Below, piece after piece: positions 9,514 through 19,771 of a DNA stretch of 20,000 nt. The stretch is from Chiloscyllium plagiosum. Lineage: Eukaryota. The notes below the pieces were generated by a model that worked only from the letters and a program-made list of their open reading frames with translations, had not been told where the DNA came from and did no database searches. Each line of letters opens with the position of its first letter. Position 1 is the first letter of the stretch. The stretch lies in assembly GCF_004010195.1 (NCBI RefSeq), contig NC_057752.1:5895670-5915669 (forward strand), in the 5' to 3' direction. The position numbers and the translations under genes were made by a program.

Positions 9514-10271
9514 NNNNNNNNNNNNNNNNNNNNNNNNNNNNNNNNNNNNNNNNNNNNNNNNNNNNNNNNNNNNNNNNNNNNNNNNNNNNNNNNNNNNNNN
9601 NNNNNNNNNNNNNNNNNNNNNNNNNNNNNNNNNNNNNNNNNNNNNNNNNNNNNNNNNNNNNNNNNNNNNNNNNNNNNNNNNNNNNNNNNNNNNNNNNNNN
9701 NNNNNNNNNNNNNNNNNNNNNNNNNNNNNNNNNNNNNNNNNNNNNNNNNNNNNNNNNNNNNNNNNNNNNNNNNNNNNNNNNNNNNNNNNNNNNNNNNNNN
9801 NNNNNNNNNNNNNNNNNNNNNNNNNNNNNNNNNNNNNNNNNNNNNNNNNNNNNNNNNNNNNNNNNNNNNNNNNNNNNNNNNNNNNNNNNNNNNNNNNNNN
9901 NNNNNNNNNNNNNNNNNNNNNNNNNNNNNNNNNNNNNNNNNNNNNNNNNNNNNNNNNNNNNNNNNNNNNNNNNNNNNNNNNNNNNNNNNNNNNNNNNNNN
10001 NNNNNNNNNNNNNNNNNNNNNNNNNNNNNNNNNNNNNNNNNNNNNNNNNNNNNNNNNNNNNNNNNNNNNNNNNNNNNNNNNNNNNNNNNNNNNNNNNNNN
10101 NNNNNNNNNNNNNNNNNNNNNNNNNNNNNNNNNNNNNNNNNNNNNNNNNNNNNNNNNNNNNNNNNNNNNNNNNNNNNNNNNNNNNNNNNNNNNNNNNNNN
10201 NNNNNNNNNNNNNNNNNNNNNNNNNNNNNNNNNNNNNNNNNNNNNNNNNNNNNNNNNNNNNNNNNNNNNNN
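9514..10271. other. Assembly gap (758 N)
   Basis: Continuous run of N. Confidence 1.
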
Positions 10272-10645
10272 TGGGAGGAGGTGTAGTCTAGGTAGCTGTG
10301 GGAGTCGGTCGGTTTATAGTAAATGTCCGTGTTGATTTGGTTGCCCGAGATAGAAATGGAGAGGTCTAGGAAGGGGAGGGAGGGGTCTGAGGCGGTCCAG
10401 GTAAATTTGAGGTCGGGGTGGAAGGTGTTGGTAAAGTGGATGAAGTGTTCAATCTCTTCGTGGGAGCACGAGCCAGCGCCGATACAGTCATCAATGTAGC
10501 GGAGGAAAAGGTGGGTGGTGGTGCCAGTGTAGCTGCGGAAGATGGACTGTTCCACATATCCTACGAAGAGGCAGGCATAGCTGGGGCCCATGCGGGTGCC
10601 CATGGCTACTCCTTTGGTTTGGAGGAAGTGGGAGGATTGGAAAGA
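10272..10645 (-). pseudogene. PLE reverse transcriptase fragment
   Basis: GVAMGTRMGPSYACLF...FLRYIDDCIG...FHPDLKFTW...LPFLDLSI...DIYYKPTDSHSYLDYTSS are PLE RT motifs (GxxMG, RYIDD, PFLD, YxKPT). The frame is open in the visible part. Confidence 0.92.
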
Positions 10646-10707
10646 GAAGAACTAGGCTAATACAGACTTCAACTTTGAAACTCATTAGAACATAGCTGAT
10701 TTAAACG

Positions 10708-11066
10708 TCTAAGTCAGAAGGTTGTGGGTTTGAATCCCACTTCAATATTTGAGCACAGAAATCAAGGTTAACTGTACAATGCTGCCGTAGATGCTGTCAT
10801 TTGGATGAGATGTTAAACTGAGGCCTTGCCTTCCCTCTCAGGGAAACAATTGCACAACAGTATTTTGAAGAGAAGGGGAGTTCTCCCCAATGTCCTGGGA
10901 CCAATATTTATCTCTCAATTAACCTCCCAAAATTAGATTGGTCGATATCACATTGCTGTTCATGGGAGCTTGCTCTAAGCAAACTGGCTGCTGCAAGTCT
11001 GACACTACATTGGCTGTAAAGTGTTCTGGAACATTCTGTGGCCATGAAAAGTGCTACATAAACGTG
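10708..11066 (+). mobile_element. DeuSINE-like element (SacSINE1/AmnSINE1-related)
   Basis: B box gggtttgaatccc, Deu-domain-like core ggagttctccccaatgtcctgggaccaatatttatctctcaat...atcacattgctgttcatgggagcttgct, and L2-type tail atgaaaagtgctacataaa. Confidence 0.72.
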
Positions 11067-11449
11067 ACCGGCCTATTTTGTAATTAGCTTGCGATCATGG
11101 AGATAAATTGTAGAGCTCCATACTCTGCTCAAGAAGTATTAGGCTCTGTACTTGTGCCTTGACTGTATTACCCACTGACAAATTCTTCTTCATAATAACC
11201 CTATCTCAGCCTGTCATTTGTTCTCTCTCACTCTGTTTACAACTCCATTTATAATTTCTCCTATTTTGTCATACTTCTTTTTGACAACATGAGCTGCTAT
11301 CCCCTAATAACTTCCATGTGATTTGATTGAACTTGGAGTACTTTGTGATCTGCCCCATGTTTGCTTACCTGTACGATTGACATTTGGAGACATCTGGTGG
11401 AGCTCTCTGGATCCTGCACACTGTACAGATTATACAAAGCTCTGCAGTA

Positions 11450-11517
11450 TCTCACAGAATCACAGAATTGTTACGGTGCAGAAGGAGGCCGTTGGGCCCA
11501 TTGTGCCAACAACAGTT
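11450..11517 (-). mobile_element. CR1 3' terminus, left part of the copy split by the LTR element
   Basis: tcacagaatcacagaattgttacggtgcagaaggaggccgttgggcccattgtg shows terminal short repeats plus the CR1 3' UTR motif. The sequence continues at 19638. Confidence 0.7.
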
Positions 11518-12104
11518 TGTTACAGACCAGGCCAGACCCCCTCAAAACATTTCAAGAAGACAGCCCACACCCTAGCTTTTCTAGTTGCTTAAAGCAGGTG
11601 TTAGTGGATATTCCAGGAGGGATGCAGCTCGCACAACCACTCAGTTTTAAACAAAACAGAATTTACTTATACACGAACAAAAGAAAACAAAATTTAGAAT
11701 AACACAACTATTCGACTCTATCGCAACTTAATGACGCTGTTCCAAATACTTGCAACATTTCATTACACACCCCTTGGCAAAAAGGTAAATTCGAACACAG
11801 GTTCTTACAGGAGAGATGTCAGAGAGAGTGACATGGAACTGTTTCTCTGGGTCCCCAGCAGCTTTTCTGGGTCTCCAGCTAAAACTTGACCAGCAGCTGC
11901 AAACAAAAACAGCTTGCTCAAACCAAACCAAACCCTGAACTGGGTGAATTGGCCACTCCCCTTTCATTGTACAAGTGTTTTAAAAAAACACTTAAAAGCT
12001 TCAAGTGGATAAACCCAGACATAATCGGAACCTCTGCCTTTACAACCCCTCTGAAAAAAAAAACAAGGACAACATAACCTTGTTAAAGGAGCAGCATTGT
12101 CACA
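11518..12104 (-). repeat. 3' LTR
   Basis: Starts tgttaca and ends tgtcaca (TG...CA, imperfect terminal inverted repeat). Roughly 90% identical to 19024-19637 by manual comparison of the first ~190 nt. Confidence 0.95.
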
Positions 12105-12118
12105 CCTCCCCCCCCCTT
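12105..12118 (-). promoter_or_regulatory. Polypurine tract
   Basis: Minus strand AAGGGGGGGGGAGG immediately precedes the 3' LTR TGTGACA. Confidence 0.9.
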
Positions 12119-12294
12119 AAAAGATGAACCATCAATATCCAAAGATGGCTTCATTTTAAAACTTCTTAGTCTTACATTGTTGGTACACTACAACACACAT
12201 ATACATTACATTGACTTTAAACATGCTAAGATGCACGACTACATTCTGTTTCAGTCCGTTTACTCCTGCCACCGAACACCTCTGTTTCTCATCC

Positions 12295-12680
12295 AAGTCT
12301 TGACAATGTATCAGCAATCACGTTTTCTTCTCCTGCCACACATTTACAATTTTCAAATTGAATGGCTGTAACAACAAGCTCCACCAAAACAGACTGAAAT
12401 TTTTGTCCTTCAAATTTCTCCACAAACTTCAATAGGTTATGATCAGTGTATATGATTGTCTCAAAAACATTACTGGTAACATAAACGTTGAAATATTGTT
12501 AACACCAACACCAAGCTCAAAGTCTCCTTCTCAGAAACTGTCGAATGTTTCTGCTGAAGAATGTTCAATTTACTGGAGAAAACCAAATAGGTCTTTCTGT
12601 CTTCTCATCGTCATTTCCCTGTAAGAGCACAGCACCGACACCCCACATCACTTGCATCGATAGCCACCTTCTATGGCTTT
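12295..12680 (-). pseudogene. pol: RNase H domain (disrupted)
   Basis: Manual minus-strand translation gives VAIDASDVG..VGAVLLQ (~12620-12667), YTDHNL (~12435-12453) and WSLLLQPFNLKI...ENVIADTLSR (~12298-12383). Confidence 0.85.
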
Positions 12681-13560
12681 GTGTAATTAGGTGTGGCTAA
12701 TACTGGGGCAGTGGTGAACACAGCTTTCAGTCTGTCAAGTACATTCTGACAGTCCGCTGTCCACTGAAACCTCTTGCCTTTCTTTAGCAATTCAGTGAGT
12801 GGAGCAGCCACACTGCTAAAATTTGGTACCAATTTCTGATAAAATCCACTCAATCCCAGGAACTGTATAAGGCTCTTTTTGTCGATGGTACAGGAAACTC
12901 CCCAATTGCCTTTGTTTTTACATCCCCTGGGGCCATTTGTCCATGTCCAATAACATGGCCCACAAAAGGGGACTTGGGCTTTGGCAAATTCACTTTTAGC
13001 CAGGTTTATCACCAAGCCTGAAATCAATTGAGCAATTTTGATAAATGTTGCAATGTTTCTTCCATATATGACTAAATATCACCAGGTCATCAATATAAAC
13101 TACACAATTGGGTAATCTGGAAATGACCTCATTGGTTAGTCTCTGAAATGTGGCCGGTGTGTTTTTCATACCAAACAGCATGACTTTAAACTGATACAGT
13201 CCATTCGGCGATACAAAAGCCGAAAATTGTCTTCGCTCTTTCGGACAAAGGTACCTGCCAGTAGCCTCTGAGTCAGTCCAACTTAGAAATATAAGGTGCT
13301 TGTTCCACCTTTTCAACATAATCTTCCAAAGGCAGAATCAGATATACATCAGTCTTTGTAACTGCATTGACTTTGCAATAGTCCACACATAGCCGTTGGG
13401 TACCATTTGGTTTTGGCACCATGACTATGGGTGAGCTCCAGTTACCGTAACTCACTTCCAGTAGATTGCCTCAGAGCATGTGTTCAATCTCCTTTTGAGC
13501 CCATGCCAACTTTAGAGGGTTATGCCTGTAAGGATGTTGCTTAATCGGAACAGCATCTCC
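12671..13560 (-). pseudogene. pol: reverse transcriptase (frameshifted)
   Basis: WSSPIVMVPKPNGTQRLCVDY; SAFVSPNGLYQFKVMLFGMKNTPATFQR; VYIDDLVIFS (YIDD at 13086-13097); FLGLSGFYQKLVPNFSSVAAPLTELLKK. Confidence 0.95.
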
Positions 13561-13634
13561 TACATCATCCATAATTAGGTTAGTATTTCCCAGCTGATTT
13601 CCCCATATCTCCCCGTGTGATAGTAATAACTCTG

Positions 13635-14263
13635 TCAGGTCATTTCGATTTCCCCTGGAAGGTAACTCAATAATTTATCCCAATTTTTGACAACTTCTTC
13701 ATTGTCCAATTTAATTTGAGGAATGTCCAATTCAGAATCCTCTGAATTTGGTTCTTTCCTCTGTGTTGTAACGAACAACACAATCTCCTTTGGCTTTCCT
13801 TCCCTGTCAAAATACCTTTTGAGCATATTCACATGACGCACTCTGTGAGACTTCTTTCTGTCTGGAGTCCTTATCAAATAGCTCATCTCATTCAATCTCC
13901 TTTCAACTTGGTAAGGTCCACTAAACCTTGCTTTTAAATGTTCAGCTATAACTGGAAGTAACAATTCATCCCCGATAGCAAAATTGAGTTTTTGATTTCT
14001 TGTCTGCTTCCTGTTTCATTGTATGTGATGATACTTTTAAATGCTGTCTAGCCAACTCCCCCACCCTATTTAAATGTTCCCTAAAATTTGACGCACAGTC
14101 CAAATATGTGGTCTCTGAATTCTGACTGGCCAATTTCTCCTTAATCAATTTTAGCGGTCCTCTCATTTCATGCCCAAAAATGAAGTCAAATGCATTGAAT
14201 TTGGTCGATTCATTTGATGTGTCTTTGATGGCACAAAGTACAAACGGAATTCCTTTATCCCAA
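13635..14263 (-). pseudogene. pol: integrase C-terminal part (GPY/F module)
   Basis: WDKGIPFVLCAIKDTSNESTKFNAFDFIFGHEMRGPL and LKARFSGPYQVERRLNEMSYLIRTPDRKK..HVNMLKRY. Confidence 0.9.
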
Positions 14264-16175
14264 CCCTTTGCAGGGGTTGATTGGAGGTTGTTTGCAGGCA
14301 AAGGGACCTCTAGCAAGTGGGAGGCCTTTAAAAGTGAAATAGCTAGAGTTCAAGGTCTGTATGTTCCTGTGAAGGGCAAGATTTGCAGGAGTAGGGAACC
14401 CCGGATGATAAGAGATATTGAGGCTTTGACCAGAAAAAAGGAGGTGTGGCTCAGGTACAGGCAGCTGGGATCAAGGGAATCCCTGGAGCTATACAGGGAA
14501 TACAGGAGTTTACTGAAGAAGGAAATCAGGAGAGCAAATAGGAGGCATTAGCTAGCCTTGGCTGAGAAGATTAGGGTGAACCCAAAGAGGTACTTTAAAT
14601 ATATTTAAAGGAAAACGAATAACTAGGGAGAGAATAGGATCCCTCAAGGACCAAAGTGGACATGTATGTGTAGAACCACAGGAGATGGACGAGGACTTCC
14701 ATGAATATTTCTCCTCTGTGTTTAACATGGAGAAAGACATGAAGACTTGGGAACTTGGGGAAATTAGTGGTGATATCTTGGGGGCTGTCCATATCACAGT
14801 CAAGGAGGTGTTGGATGTATTAGAATGTATTAACGTGGATAAATCTCCTAGTCCTGAACCAGATATATCCAAGAACACTGCAAGAGGTGAGAGAAGAAAT
14901 TGTGGGGGCCCTGGCTGATAGTTTTGCATCATCGTTAGCCATGGGTGAGGTTCTGGAAAACTGGAGGGTAGCCAATGTTGTGCCACTATTCAAGAAGGTC
15001 CGCAAAGAAAAGCCTGGGAACTATAGACCAGTAAGCTTAACATCTGTGGTAGCTACGTTACTTGAGAAGATTCTGAGAGATGGGATATACATACATTTGG
15101 AAAGACAGGGTTTGATTAGGAGTAGTCAGCATGGCTTTGTGCATGGGAGATCATGCCTCACAAATTTGTTAAAGTTCTTTGATAAAGTGGACCAGGAAAG
15201 TTGATGCGGGCGGAGTGGTAGACATAGTCTGTATGGGTTTCAGTAAGGCCTTTGATAAGGTTCCACATGGTCGGCTGCTCTGGAAGGTCAGATTGCATGG
15301 AATCCAGGGGGAGCTAACAAATTGGATACACAATTGGCTTGATGGTAGGAAGCAGAGGGTAACAGTGGAAATAGACTTATCGGACTGGAGACCTGTGACT
15401 AGTGGAGTGCCTCAGGGGTTGGTGCTGGGCCCATTACTGTTTGTTATCGATATCAATGATTTGGATGAGAATGTACAAGGAAGGCATGATTAGTAAGTTT
15501 GCTGATGACACTAAAATAGGCGGTTTTGTGGACAGTGAGGAAGGTTATCAGAAATTGCAGCAGGACTTTGATCAGCTGGGGAAGTGGGCTGAGAAATGGC
15601 AAATGGAGTTTAATATATCTAATTGTGAGATCTTGCATTTTGGAAAATCAAATCAAGGTAGGAGTGTCATGGTGAATGGTAGGGCCTTAAGGAGTATAGT
15701 GGAACAAAGGGACCTTGGAGTTCAGGTGCATAGTTCTCTGAAAGTGGAGTGGAGGAAAGAGTGCAGAAGTTGAACAAGCTAGAATGTTTTTCTTTAGACC
15801 ATAGGAGACTGAAGGGGGGGGTCGTTATTGAGATGTATAAGATCACGAGAGGCGAGGATAGGTTGAATATGCTCTGTCTTTTTCCCAGGGTTGGGGAATC
15901 GAGGACTCAAGGGCATCAGTTTAAGGTTAGTGGGGAAAGAATAAAAGGGAACCTGAGGGGCAACTGTTTTACACAGAGTGTGGTATACACATGGAACGAG
16001 CTGCCAGCAGAAGTGATTGAGGCATTTAAAACATATTTGGACAAATACATGGATAGGAAAGGATTACAAGAATATGGGCCAAGTGCAGGGAAATGGGGTT
16101 AGGGTGGACAAACATTTTGGTCGGCATGGACCAGTTTGGGCCGAAGGGCCTGTCTCCATGCTCTAGGACTCTATG
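14264..16175 (+). mobile_element. 5'-truncated CR1 (HER1-like) LINE inserted antisense into the integrase
   Basis: ORF2 fragments [50 protein letters not shown] (FADD at 15498-15509) and WNELP; the 3' end is ...gccgaagggcctgtctccatgctctaggactctatg. Integrase sequence resumes on both sides. Confidence 0.93.
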
Positions 16176-16980
16176 CTTCTCTCCCTAATCATCTGGATAG
16201 TTGATTAGGGCTTTAAGGTCTGATTCTACCTGTCTAGCACTCCCTGTGATTCTGATGGTACGCAGTAGATTGGAATTGTTTTATTCCTAAGCTGTCCATA
16301 ACTTCCTTCAATAATTTCGATGTGAAGTTTGACCCTTGATCTGATTGTATCTCTGTAGTCCATATCTAGTGAAAAATTTGAGTAACCCCTGTACAATCCT
16401 TTTAGCTGTGACATTACGTAATGGAATAGCCTCTGGAAATCTAGTGGACACATCCATTATTGTTAACAAATACTGATTCAACTTTTTTGTTTTAGGTAGG
16501 GGGCCTACGCAATCAAGTAAGACTCTTGTAAAAGGTTCCTCAAATACAGGTATAGGTATTAAAGGTGCGGGTTTTATTACTGCCTGTGTGTTTCCAATTA
16601 CCTGACATGTGTGACATGTCTGGCAAAATTCAACTACATCCTTGTGCAGTCCAGGCCAGTAAAAATGTTTTTGTATTTTAGCTTGGGTTTTTCTCACTCC
16701 TAAAAAACCTCCTACTGGTAGTTCACGTGCTACCCGCCACACTTACTTTTTACAACCCACAGCCATACAACCTGATGAACCTCTGCCCATTTCTCATCTG
16801 CCTGAATATATGATGGCCTCCATTTCCTCATTAAGACATCATTAAGATGGTAGCACACTGGGATACATCTAAATTCTTCTTCTGTGTATGTTTTGTGATA
16901 CAATTGGTTTAGTTTCTCATTTTTCTGCTGTAACTCAGTTAATTTCTCTGAACTAAAGATTTCTATTTTGTTATCCATTT
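16176..16980 (-). pseudogene. pol: integrase zinc-binding and catalytic core (disrupted)
   Basis: GFLGVRKTQAKIQKHFYWPGLHKDVVEFCQTCHTCQ; EPFTRVLLDCVGPLPKT...TRFPEAIPL; IQSDQGSNFTS; PSESQGVLDR. Confidence 0.93.
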
Positions 16981-17093
16981 GCTCCTGGTTGTCTCAACCA
17001 CCAGATCAAACAGGGTCTCTGCTAATGTCACTGCAACTTTCTTATCTGTACTCTTTGATTTCTCCTGTTTCAACTGGTGACTTTGTGACCTTG

Positions 17094-17534
17094 TTACCAC
17101 ACAGTCAGGACAAATCCCAGGATATGTGTCCTGTGATAGTTCAGTTGCCTGAATCTCCACTGGTTTTTCAACACAATAGGTAGCACTCCTACCTGTGAAC
17201 CAGCTATATCATTAACAAGGACAAATTGTATTCCTGGAGCTGAGAGTTTGTCCAGTACTCCGAACACAACTTCTCTACTCTTCCCTGGACACTCTAACCT
17301 CACTTTACATAACTGAGTGTTTCTTGTCTCACCATGAATTCCCATTACTCGCACTCTTTCTGGAAATAGTCCTTCTGAGGTACATACCTCCTCATCTTTC
17401 AACATCAAAGATTCAGAGGATCCTATGTTTCTTAATATTGTAACCTCTTTACCTGCTGTTCCTGAGCTATGCGAGTAAACTTTACCTTCGCAGGTACATG
17501 GTTTAAGAAGATCTGGCACTTCCTCCTTAACCAA
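17094..17534 (-). pseudogene. Aspartic protease region (catalytic motif degenerate)
   Basis: VTILRNIGSSESLML corresponds to LRDTGAS/Q with D>N, and IQFVLVNDIAG corresponds to the ILGND motif. The linker CVVTRSQS follows at ~17080-17105. Confidence 0.8.
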
Positions 17535-17573
17535 CCCCTGACCAGGTTATACATTCTAGTGCAGCTTTCTAGC

Positions 17574-18883
17574 CTACACTGTGTTTTCCATTACCACTCC
17601 AACAAAATTCACTGGCTTATCCTGTTTTCCTATATCTGGCTTCCCAGTGTTTTTCCTAACCCACCAACACTGTGATTTCATGTGGCCGACTTTATTGCAG
17701 TGAAAACGCTGGAGCTTTTTAACTTCTGTTTCCCCTTCATGGGTTTCCTTTTTACCCTGAGGTAAGTTATTCTCATGATCTTCACCGAGATCTACCTTTC
17801 CCTTTCCACGTGAGGATTTCTCTTTCCTCAATTTCTGTCCCTCACGATTAAAATTGATGTTGGAAGTCTAACTTTGATGCGTGAACCAACTAATAACCAT
17901 CAGCCATTTCAGTTGCTAACCTTGCCGTTTTAACTCTCACATGAGTTCTCACAACCTCAGGAAGTGAATTTTTGAACTCCTCCAAAGTAATCATGTCATA
18001 GGTTAGCTCTACTATTAATGCCCTTATCCACCTATCAAAATTACTTTCTTTGATCCTTTCAAACTCATTGTAGGTTTGACCAGGGTCCCTCCTTAGATTC
18101 CTGAAATGTTGTCTGTATGTTTTTGGCACAAGCCCATACGCACTTAAGATGGCTTTCTTCACCTCCTCATACTCCCCAGAAACCTCCTCTGATCGTGATG
18201 CAAATACCTCACTAGCTCTACCTACAAGTTTTGTTCGTTTCAACAAAACCCACTTGGCCACTGGCCACTTCATTTGTTTAGCCACTTTTTCAAATGAAAC
18301 AAAAATACTTCTATGTCCTTTTATGGAGGCAATGCTTGAATATATTTAAACAGATCCCCACCAGGCCTTTGGTTGCCATGGGTTTGCTCATCCTGACTCT
18401 CCTCCTCACTGAGCTTACCTTCAGCTTTCATCTCCATCCTGTTAAGCTGACTTTCCTGTCTAACTGCCAATTTCTGAAGTTCAAACTCCCTCTCTTTCTT
18501 ACTTTCCTTTCTCTTCTCTTTTCTTTTTATTCTGAAGTGACTCTGTCCTTTTCTTTTAGTTCTGCTAGGGCCTTATGTTCTTTTTCTCTTTCCTCTGCTT
18601 TTAATTGTAATTCAAACAGTTTAATTTCTTTTTCTTTTACCTGGAACTCAAGCTGCTTCATTCTCAATTGAATTTTAGCCATTTCACAAGATTCTGATGG
18701 TGTTTCCAGCAAATTTAAATGCTGAGCTATCACTGTCATTATCTCTCCTTTCCTCATGGAAGGAGGCAGCTCCAACTCCAGCTTGTCTGCCAATTCCAGC
18801 AGCTTTTCCTTGTTCACCTTTTGTAAAACCCCCAAAGTCACCTCTTCCAATCCCAGAAAACTCTTAGTGACTGGAAGAGCCAT
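17574..18883 (-). pseudogene. gag: N-terminal helical/coiled-coil region, SCAN-like capsid region and CCHC knuckle (disrupted)
   Basis: Likely ATG at 18883 (MALPVTKSFLG...KEKLLELADKLEL); YEEVKKAILSAYGLVPKTYRQHFR...FDRW...LEEFKNSLPEVVRTHV (17890-18285); RFHCNKVGHMKSQC (17667-17708, first Cys>Arg). Confidence 0.88.
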
Positions 18884-19023
18884 TACTACACCAAGCACTG
18901 CTTAAACCAACCAAACTCAACTTCTGGAACAAAAGACACTCACACTTACCACACGTTACCTTTGAGTCTAGCAAAATTAATCTAATCCCAATTTGGAACT
19001 ATCAAGCAAAGACCCCCTCAATC

Positions 19024-19637
19024 TGTTACAGACCAGGCCAGACCTCCTCAAAAACATTTCAAGAAAGTAGCCCAGACCCTAACTTTGCTAGTTGTTTTAA
19101 GCAGGTGTACAGTGGATATTCCAGGAGGGATGCAGCTGGCCCAACCACTCAGTTTTAAACAAAACAGAATTTATTTACACACGAACAAAAGAAAACCAAA
19201 TTTAGAATAACAATTATTTGAAAACCCAGTCGACTCATTATAACTTAATGATGCTGTTCCAAATACTTGCAACATGCCAGAATACACCCCTTGACAAAAA
19301 GGTAAATTCAAACACAGGTTCTTACAGGAGAGAGATTGCAGAGAGAGAGGATCAGCATGGAGCTGTTTCTTTGGGTCCAGCAGCTTCTCTGGGACCCCAG
19401 CTAAAACCTGACCAGCAGCTGCAAACAAAAACAGCTTGCTCAAACCAAACCAAACCAAACCAAACCTGAACTGGGAGAACTGGCCACTCCCCTTTCATTG
19501 TACAAGTGTTTTAAAAAAAAACACTTAAAAACTTCTTAATGTAGAGAGCCCAGACATATCGGAACCTCTGTCTTTATGGCCCCTCTGAAATAAAACCAAA
19601 GATAACATAACCTTGTTAAACGAGCAGCATCATCACT
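19024..19637 (-). repeat. 5' LTR
   Basis: Direct repeat of 11518-12104. Minus-strand AATAAA at 19170-19175. The terminal base is mutated (catcact versus tgtcaca) and is followed by TSD AGTT. Confidence 0.95.
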
Positions 19638-19771
19638 AGTTCCCATACTTAGTGCCAACCTCCTGCCTTAACCCTATGTCCCTGCATACCATAACTAACC
19701 AAATAACCATCCAATGCCCCTCTAGAATGCCTCAGTTGAACTTGCCTCCTTTACAAGGCAGTGTATTTCAG
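19638..19771 (-). mobile_element. CR1 3' fragment, right part of the copy split by the LTR element
   Basis: cttagtgccaacctcctgcc...ccctgca...aaataaccatccaatgcccc...gaatgcctcagttgaacttgcctcc...ggcagtgtatttcag continues 11450-11517 and parallels 4440-4510 plus 6230-6275. Confidence 0.7.

Larger units (their letters stand above)
9228..10645 (-). mobile_element. 5'-truncated Penelope-like element (family 2) spanning an assembly gap
   Basis: PLE RT at 10272-10645, a 3' end with hammerhead motif at 9228-9513 (near-identical to 19772-20000), and a perfect flanking repeat GAAGAACTAGG at 9217-9227 and 10646-10656. Confidence 0.85.
11518..19637 (-). mobile_element. Full-length, pseudogenised Gmr1-like Ty3/Gypsy LTR retrotransposon
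   Basis: Direct-repeat LTRs at 11518-12104 and 19024-19637, TSD AGTT at 11514-11517 and 19638-19641, PPT, and gag/PR/INT/RT/RH fragments in that order on the minus strand with many stops and frameshifts. Confidence 0.95.

Noticed and set aside
9467..10603. Long ORFs of 274 and 371 aa
   Set aside because: Their length comes from the N gap; only 10272-10645 is real coding remnant.
14180..14551. ORFs 14180-14551 (+) and 13966-14316 (-) as novel fusion proteins
   Set aside because: They merely cross the integrase/CR1 junction at 14263/14264 in decayed elements.
19441..19466. (CAAAC)n array in the LTRs, 5 units versus 3 in the other LTR
   Set aside because: Ordinary microsatellite slippage; no spacer structure, not CRISPR-like.
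11518..19637. Endogenous retrovirus or Copia element
   Set aside because: No env-like ORF or space for one between RNase H and the PPT; RT and integrase motifs are Gypsy-type despite the INT-before-RT order.
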